Notes under the pieces: model-generated | The model's database searches: none | What the model was told of the DNA's origin: nothing | The model's input: only the letters and a program-made list of their open reading frames with translations | Assembly (NCBI GenBank): GCA_964035545.1 | Contig: CAXIUT010000168.1 | Span: forward strand, 1-18,367 | Origin: Bugula neritina | Taxonomy: Eukaryota; Animalia; Bryozoa | Direction of reading: 5' to 3' | DNA: 18,367 nucleotides | Shown here: positions 11,303 to 18,367 of the stretch, piece by piece | How positions within the stretch are numbered: position 1 is the stretch's first letter | Layout: each line of letters opens with the position of its first letter | Translations under genes and position numbers: made by a program

Positions 11303-13692
11303 ATGCACGATAGAGATCATGCAAGTATTGATTAGTCAATTAAAGTTAATAGCTGGGGATCTTAGTCTCCAAATAACATACAACCCAACCATAACTTCTT
11401 TAATAAATACCCTTTACAGAAAGAACAAGAAAATGGATCAACAAAGTTCCACTAAGCTGAACACTTTAGCCATGAACCACAGTCAGTAAATAACATAGAT
11501 TTCGCTTTTAAAAGAATCAAAAATGAGCAAATCTAAAAATTAAACGATCTTAAAAATGAATACTAATAAATTCGTAAAATAACTACATAATATGCCAGAC
11601 CTCGTGTTAGTGTTAGCTCTTCTATGCAATCAAGTAATGTTCGTTCGAGTCAACCCAGTCAAGGACAAGATAATAGGTTTAAAGTTAATAGTGTTTCAGG
11701 AGTAGGTAGGGAAAATCAAATCTTGTAATTGGAGAAGAAACAACTTTAAATCATGCTTTAAAATAGTATGAAAAAAATTGAATAATTACTCCATAACTAA
11801 ATGCAGTACAAAAAAACTATCCATTAACTAAGATTATAGAAATAGAGTAAAAGTTTTGGATAAAGTGATAATCATTCTTTAAGCAGAGTTGCAAAAAAGA
11901 AATAAAAATAATTTGGAGATCAAATTAAGAGTCTTTAATTATAACGAGAAAATTTGCTTTCAAATGTAAGTAGTCTCAGAGATAAAGTAAAATATTTAGA
12001 AAGTAAGTTAGGAAATTCAGAACAATAACTCAGGAAAATGATTGAAGAAAAAAGAAATTATGAAGAACTAATTCGAATGTAAAAAGATAAACTTATGAAT
12101 TTATAAATTTAATTTAGAAGAGATAAAAGATAATTCGAAATTATGGAAAGAGATAAAAATTTATAAATCAATCAACTACTCAAACTTAAAGATATAAAAT
12201 AATCTTAGAACTAAAGATAGCTTCGTTTGCAGGTTAATTCAATGCAAGAAGAACTAAATATCAAATAAAAAAGATATCTTCTCCTTTTACAACAACTACA
12301 AAATGTTCAACAAGAAAAAAATAAATAAGACAAAGATCAAGAAGTTCAACTGATGAACTAAATTCTCAATAAAAATCAAAGTGTAGAACAACCGAATAAG
12401 GCATTTCAATAAACTATAAATGGTCTTCTTCTAAGACTCACAGATCTAGAATCTAAACCAAATCATCAATTAATTCCTACTGATATTTTTCCTAGTATTG
12501 AAAGAAACGATTATTAAAGTTAGTATCTAAAAGAACATATCAACAATCTTTAAAAAGTATTATAAATATTATTTAGAGAATAATCGGTTATTAACAAAAA
12601 ATTACAGCATTAATTCACTCTAATACAAACCTTACTTCTTAAATAAAAACTCTAAAAACAGAAAATGATAGTATAGCCAGGAAAAATAGAACTTTACATG
12701 ATACATAAATTACTTTGAGAGAGAAACTTGAAAAATCAAGATCTAATGAAAGAAGAATATCAAAAAGTGATTCAAGATAGAAGATATCTTCTATGATAGT
12801 TCCTGTAAAAGATGATAATCCTTCTAAATTATAATTTATGATAAAAAAGATCAATAACTTGTAAGGTTAAATTCAAATACTAAACAAAAAATTGATTGAA
12901 TAACAGAAATAAAGATCTAAAATAGAAGATTAGAATCGATCTCTTTTGAATAAGATGAATATAGTATAATTTTAAAGATTTAAATCAAAACAAGAGTGTG
13001 ATTTACAATTGAATATGATGAAAAAAACACATTAAACCAATATGAATGTAGCAAAATAAGATTTAATGTCTTAAAAAGCTCAAAATAATAAAACTAAATT
13101 TGAATTAAATGAACTAAAAAAAACATTTTATGGACATAGATAATCTCATAATCAATAAATTGCTCAACTAAAACATAAAATCGATACCTTAAAAAGATAA
13201 AAATATTCTTTTGATGCCGATTCAAAAGCTGTCTATAGTAATAATTTATAAAGAATAAAAGAGGACTATATAGATCAAATATAAAAACTAACTTCTTCTG
13301 TTAAAACTCTTAATATCTAAAATAAAAATCTTCAATAAAAATGTAATAGAGCACAACTAATATTCACTTAAAATTAAGAACTAAAAGATTCGTTAAAATG
13401 GGCTAGATTATAAAATAGATAAGAAATGAGCAGAACACTTAGAAACAACGATCCCAACAGAAACATGAATATAGCAGGTTCTATAGTCCAGGGATTCATG
13501 GGAAACAAAGAAGATAATTTAAATAGAACTCCTAGAAATAATGATAAAAATAAAAATAGAAATATAAATACTAACAATGGTATGGATAGAGATATAGCAG
13601 GTTCAATAGCTCAAGTCTTTGATTCAACTAATAAGAAAAATTAATCAGAATAAAATATAATGGGAAACTTTTTTCAACACTTCAAAAGTTGA
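11303..13692 (+). CDS. Long coiled-coil protein (~789 aa)
   Basis: Exons 11303-12556 and 12577-13692 (20-nt intron). E/K/L-rich heptads; the C-terminus has two imperfect RT.RNND...IAGSI.Q.F repeats. Confidence 0.85.
12557..12576 (+). other. 20-nt spliceosomal intron
   Basis: gtattataaatattatttag; joins two long open frames. Confidence 0.88.
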
Positions 13693-13821
13693 ATCATGAT
13701 TTATAACCATATCAATACATTATTACTGACTTTATCATTCTATCAGTTTATCTTTGACAAATTATTACAAGTCTATGAATATATTAATTAATTTGAGAAG
13801 AGAATATTAGAAGTGACTGAG

Positions 13822-14612
13822 ATGAGTCACTTTCATAATCATATGTTTAAACTCATCAAAAGCCTCTTCGGATACTCAGCCCCACGCAGAACCTAAAGCG
13901 AAGAAGCCAAATCCAAAAACAAGCTCTGCTCAGATCTTGATCTATAACAAAGGAGGGTAGTTTCCATTGACAGCAAAAACAAAATACTTACAGCCAAAAA
14001 AAGAACTCAATCTCCAGAAACCCTCTATGAACTTGATTAAGTAGGAACCATCAAAAATAACTTCATTTCTTCTCGCTTTATCAACTCTCCTGATGAAAAA
14101 ATTAACCTTGATCTTGTCTCAGATCTTGGAGAGAATAAATCATCAGATGACTATGATTTGCTGACAGATATTCCAGAACACTATCCTCTCAATTATTCAG
14201 TCAATATTCCACAATCTGAACACTAATTCAGGTAATTAAATCTTATTTCAGAGATGATGTCTTTACTTTTGCTCCATAAAAGCCTTCTCCAAAAAATGAA
14301 GAAGAAGTTGAACTGTCAAAGAAGAAAATAAAAGATGGAAAGCCAGAATTCAGAAAGATACTTCCTAAAAGAAATCAGATCAAAAAAAGATTCAATGCTA
14401 AGTTGAGATGTCCATTTTGCTCAGAACCACTCTAACTCTAAAATTCTTTGAAATTGGCTTGTTCTCATTGTTTTCATTCAGCTTGTGCTTTGAAAATGAG
14501 AGAAAGAAACTTGTTTGAGTGCGATTTATGCGAGATAAAGAGGAAGAACTTATGTTCAATTATCACAATGGATAGGAAAAGAGGAAGAGGATATTCTCCG
14601 ATCAATAAATGA
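13822..14612 (+). CDS. RING-H2 zinc-finger protein, putative E3 ubiquitin ligase (~250 aa)
   Basis: C-terminal CPFC-x11-C-S-H-CF-H-SA-C-x11-CDLC (C3H2C3). 20-nt intron at 14232-14251. The start may be 13822 or 13843. Confidence 0.85.
14232..14251 (+). other. 20-nt spliceosomal intron
   Basis: gtaattaaatcttatttcag; joins the N-terminal exon to the RING-encoding frame. Confidence 0.88.
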
Positions 14613-14661
14613 TTGCCACCAAATTGAATAATTAAATATTAAATAGAATTGAGATGATTAA

Positions 14662-15672
14662 TCAGTTTTTAATGGGTTAAATGTTTTTAATATTTTTGTT
14701 AATTTATCTCTTATTGGTGTACATTAAGAAAAGAGGATACTAGGATTAACCCATGGCTTCTTAAGCTTATGTTTTTGATAGAGTTTCTTACTTGTTTGGA
14801 GGAGGCGGAATTAATTCATCATTTTTTGGAGCTTTATTTTGATTCAGTATTTCATTTGTTGGCAAAGAAGTATTTTATTCTTTTTATATATTTTTTTCCT
14901 TGATGATAGAGCCTTATTACTTATTTATAGATTAATTTATATGAGTTTAAGTAACTGTTTTTTAACCTGGTTATTTGACTACAATAGATATTGATTAAGT
15001 AGATTCTTTAATTGATATATTTTTTGATTAAGTTTGTGTTAAGGTCAATCTTAGCATAACTTATTTACTTTTTCTTTCAAAAGTCTAAGATTTGTTTAAC
15101 TATTTATTCTCATAAAATTAATATTTATTTTAAGAATTTTCTTTTACATAGAAACAATTTTTTTCTTTATCTTGTCGATTAGAAATACCGAACCTTGAGA
15201 TGAAATCGATAAAACTTGATTTAATATTTTATAATTAAGATACTTTCAACTTTGGTGAATAGTTTTATGGTAGTTGTAATTGATATAGAATTGGTTTTAA
15301 TTCTGGATAGAAACTTCTTCCTTAATAAGTTTCATTGACTTATGATTCTCCTTTTTTCTTAATTTCAGGATTATCAACAACTTTAGTTGATTAAATATTT
15401 TCCTTATTAGATCTAATCTAATCTAGTTGAGAAAAATTTGATATAATATCCATCTGTATTACTGATTACATAAGATTTCTCTTGTTAGGTGGAACTATTA
15501 AAGAGTCAACTTGATGGACATTAATAACGATCTTTTATTCTTCTGGAATCGCATTAATTTTCTAAATCTAATGTTGAGAAACAACAATAGTTGATGACTT
15601 CTTTATTTACAGAGATTCCTTGGTTCTTGCTTATGTTTCTTTCAACTATTTTCTTGCTTGACAAGTCCCCAT
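14662..15672 (-). CDS. Low-complexity protein with N-terminal MGTC acylation motif (336 aa)
   Basis: MGTCQARKELKETEARTKES...ELIPPPPNKEE...IEPIKN-TGA; uninterrupted. Confidence 0.8.
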
Positions 15673-15915
15673 ATATTTAAAAATTTTAATAAAATATCTA
15701 TCAAACAAAAATTTTCTCTCATTTATTGATAAATTAATACTTAATAAAAATTCTAGGAGAACAATTTTGTAATAAATAACCTATCTCTAACTCAATTTTA
15801 TTTATTTCTTTCAAAAATTATTCAATTTATTTCATTTTGATATTTTATAGGATAAAAATTATTCTTTATTTTCTATAAAAGTCATATTATTATTATCAAT
15901 AAGTAAACATTATCT

Positions 15916-16779
15916 TCATCTACAATCACTTTCTATGCGAAGTATTCTACTTTCTAAAATAAAACTAGGAAAAGATCTCACCTCTTCATCAGGAACTACC
16001 CTTAGTCTTGACTTTATTTAAGATTTTTTCAAAGAAGATTTAACTATTTTACAAGAATTTAAGCTAGATTTATTAATATTACCTTTTATGTCTGATATAT
16101 ATTGTCTTTCTTCTTGAGAATTATGATTTTTTAAAATATGTGATTTAGCCTTTTCATGATAATTTTGAAGTTATTCAATATGTGATTTTTCTTTTTAGTT
16201 TATTTTATTTTATTAAGTATTTTTTATTACACTTTTTTATTAATTTTAATTGATAATCTATTAAGTATTTTTAATATTGAACTTAGAAACTTAAAAATTT
16301 TTAATAAAACTAATTTATTTTTGATTAATTTGAATTTTCAATGTCGATGTAATTGTTAATTTCATTTGATGATCTTTAGGATATTTAAATCCACTTTGAT
16401 AAGAATGTGTATTATAAGGCTAAATAGGTAGCTTACTTTATGGTTTTTATAGTTTATAAATTATTTATTAACTAACATCTTTATTACTATTCTATCCTAT
16501 ATTACTTTTTATTTATAGTTATTCTTTCCTTAAAATTTATTTTTATTCATTATTATCATTATTTATTATTATAGTTTTAGGACCTTAGGGTAGCTTAGAT
16601 GTCAATTGTTTTTATTTATTTATAATCATGTCATTGTTTTTATCCTTAATCTCATCTTTATCATTTGAAGGAGGTCTTTATTGAGGAACTTCTGAGCTAC
16701 ATAAAGGATCACCTTATTTTGGACTTTTTGTATCTTTTTCTTTTGATTCTCGACCTTCTTTATGAGTACAGGTACCCAT
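15916..16779 (-). CDS. Low-complexity protein with N-terminal MGTC acylation motif (~287 aa; 3' end uncertain)
   Basis: MGTCTHKEGRESKEKDTKSPKEGDPLCSS... open to TGA at 15918-15916. The 3' end may be spliced differently, since the downstream gap (~240 nt) is unusually long here. Confidence 0.7.
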
Positions 16780-16956
16780 ACTTTTTTTAAATAACTAATT
16801 ATTATCATCTATAAAGTTGAAATTATAATAGACTTATTCAATTAAATTTAGATTCTTGAAAAAAATATGAAATAACCACTTATTTACTTAATTGATTTAT
16901 TTATCTTTAACATGATAAATAATATTCTATTAAAATATACTTCTATTATATTAAAA

Positions 16957-18275
16957 TCAATGAATGCTTTTATCTAACTATCTCTTCCTTCTTGCTTCAA
17001 TTATTTCTTCTTTCATCTTTTTCAAATTGAATACTTTAAGTTTTTATTCTTATCCTTTATTAATAATTATTTATTTCCTTTTTTACACTTTTATCTTATC
17101 TTTAATTTCAGGTTATAATTATATAATAACCTTCTCAAGAATATTTAAAGTATCCAGAATTTATTCTACTTTCATCTGATGCTTATCTCTTCTTAATTAT
17201 TATTATTTTTCTTTGTTTTTCATGAATTATTACTTCTCTTTTTCAAAAAGATTCGATATAATAAAATATGCTTATTTAAGATAGTTCTCATTTTTTGTTT
17301 AAATTATTATTTTTATATTCTTTTTAATTTCCTCTAAAATTTTATAATAAAAATCACTAATTTGATAAATACTAGTCAGAATTTTTATACATTCAGCCAA
17401 ATGTTGCATTGATCTATCAAGATAATTAAGCTAGCTTTGTATTTTCGATAAAACAAAATGAATTTCCACTAAAGCATTTTTCGATCTTTAATCATTCGAA
17501 GTTTGATAGATAGAAAGAGATGAACCAAGTAAACTAGCTGCTTCACTCATATTTTTATCATATTAAAAAGCTACGATTCCCAGTTTATGATATATTCTTG
17601 GGGTTGGGGTTGGGGTTGGGGTTGGGGTTGGGGTTGGGGTTGGGGTTGGGGTTGGGGTTGGGGTTGGGTCTTCTTTGTACTCTTGATTAAAATGATGTAG
17701 AAATGCTTTATTTTACATTGAATAACACTGATTAACTTTTAGATCAAAAAGATAACTATCAAAATCTTGACCATAAAGATTTACATTTTATCTTCGATAA
17801 ATTGCTTCTTTCAAAAGATTAGCTCTACTTTAAGAAGATTATTTAAAGAAAATATTGGCTTATAAAGGTTTATCTAATTTTAATTTTAACTTAGCTAATT
17901 GATCAGTTATATGATAAAAATCAAATTTATCATAGTTTTATAAACGAAAACTTACTTATCTTGCCTTAGAGAGAGCAGTAATAGCAAGTGAATATTTTTA
18001 TGTTTATGAATAAATACAAGCTAACACTTTATAATATCTTACAGCTTCTTATTTTTTTTATTTCTTATTATTTGTAATTAACTTCCAAACCTACTGACTC
18101 TATTTAAAGGCTGTCTATGTATCTCTAACTTTGAGAAGTAACTAAGCAGTTCGTAATTTGATTTAGATGTTTAGCAAATTTTTTGGACTAATAAGTTATG
18201 AGTTAATTTAATATGTTTTATAGTAGATATGAAGGGCAGATTGATATTGAAATTGCTATTTGAGGATAAAAGCTA
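16957..18275 (-). CDS. TPR-repeat protein, 5'-truncated by the telomere and interrupted in frame by a telomeric tract
   Basis: One TGA-free frame from the right telomere to TGA at 16959-16957, with no upstream start. TPR-like helices: LAFILKEQFQYQSALHIYYKTYEI, YYKVLACIYSETEKYSLAITALSKAREV, IYHKLGIVAFEYDKNMSEAASLLGSSLSIY, IHFVLSKIQSELNYLDRSMQHLAECIKI. Confidence 0.8.
17598..17668 (+). repeat. Internal telomeric tract, ~12 x TTGGGG
   Basis: 71 nt of T2G4 in the same orientation as the right telomere and about 600 nt inside it, flanked by coding sequence on both sides. Confidence 0.97.
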
Positions 18276-18367
18276 GGGGTTGGGGGTTGGGGTTGGGGTT
18301 GGGGTTGGGGTTGGGGTTGGGGTTGGGGTTGGGTTGGGTTGGGGTTGGGGTTGGGGTTGGGGTTGGG
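18276..18367 (+). repeat. Right telomere, (TTGGGG)n
   Basis: Tandem T2G4 hexamers to the window end, with a few G3/G5 variants. Confidence 0.98.

Noticed and set aside
13690-13822. The coiled-coil gene and the RING gene share a frame separated by one TGA (possible readthrough fusion)
   Set aside because: With one stop codon, ~43 open codons in AT-rich DNA is common by chance.
15720-15960. Protein-like minus-strand frame with two TGAs (HRK*LEMKIMFTY*EEEYDF)
   Set aside because: No homology support and no other evidence for TGA readthrough. Chance or unresolved 3' splicing of the upstream gene is more likely.
2474-17179. Supplied standard-code ORFs
   Set aside because: Most are wrong-frame or antisense shadows of real genes. 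Only 4528-4776 and 13426-13644 are in-frame fragments of true CDSs.
17585-17595. TTATGATATAT beside the internal telomere also occurs at 7640 (possible breakage signal)
   Set aside because: A short AT-rich match is plausible by chance, and it is absent at the other two telomere junctions.
18276-18367. Variant telomere units (G3, G5; C5 at the left end) as a degenerate telomerase product
   Set aside because: Cannot be distinguished from homopolymer sequencing errors at low-coverage contig ends.
1-18367. CRISPR arrays, transposons, tRNA or rRNA genes
   Set aside because: No repeat-spacer structure, transposase motifs or recognisable RNA genes seen; nearly all sequence is explained by protein-coding genes.

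Overview
This is not prokaryotic DNA. It looks like a telomere-to-telomere ~18.4 kb ciliate macronuclear minichromosome, with (CCCCAA)n at 1-94 and (TTGGGG)n at 18276-18367. The supplied standard-code ORF track is misleading: TAA and TAG are sense codons and only TGA terminates. Conserved positions in LCMT1, MZT1, MORN repeats and an FPL domain show TAA/TAG = Glu rather than the usual ciliate Gln. This is NCBI table 30, the peritrich code. Read this way the window holds about 15 densely packed genes, mostly 40-130 nt apart, with tiny 19-21 nt GTA...AG introns. Recognisable products are a CLEC16A/FPL-domain protein, a MORN-repeat protein, LCMT1/PPM1, MZT1, a RING-H2 protein and a TPR protein. 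The rest are coiled-coil or low-complexity proteins, two of them adjacent and both starting MGTC. The last gene (TPR) is cut by the right telomere, and a 71-nt internal telomere tract sits in frame where one TPR helix should be, which suggests alternative telomere-addition sites inside a gene. All translations were done by hand; no database searches were run.
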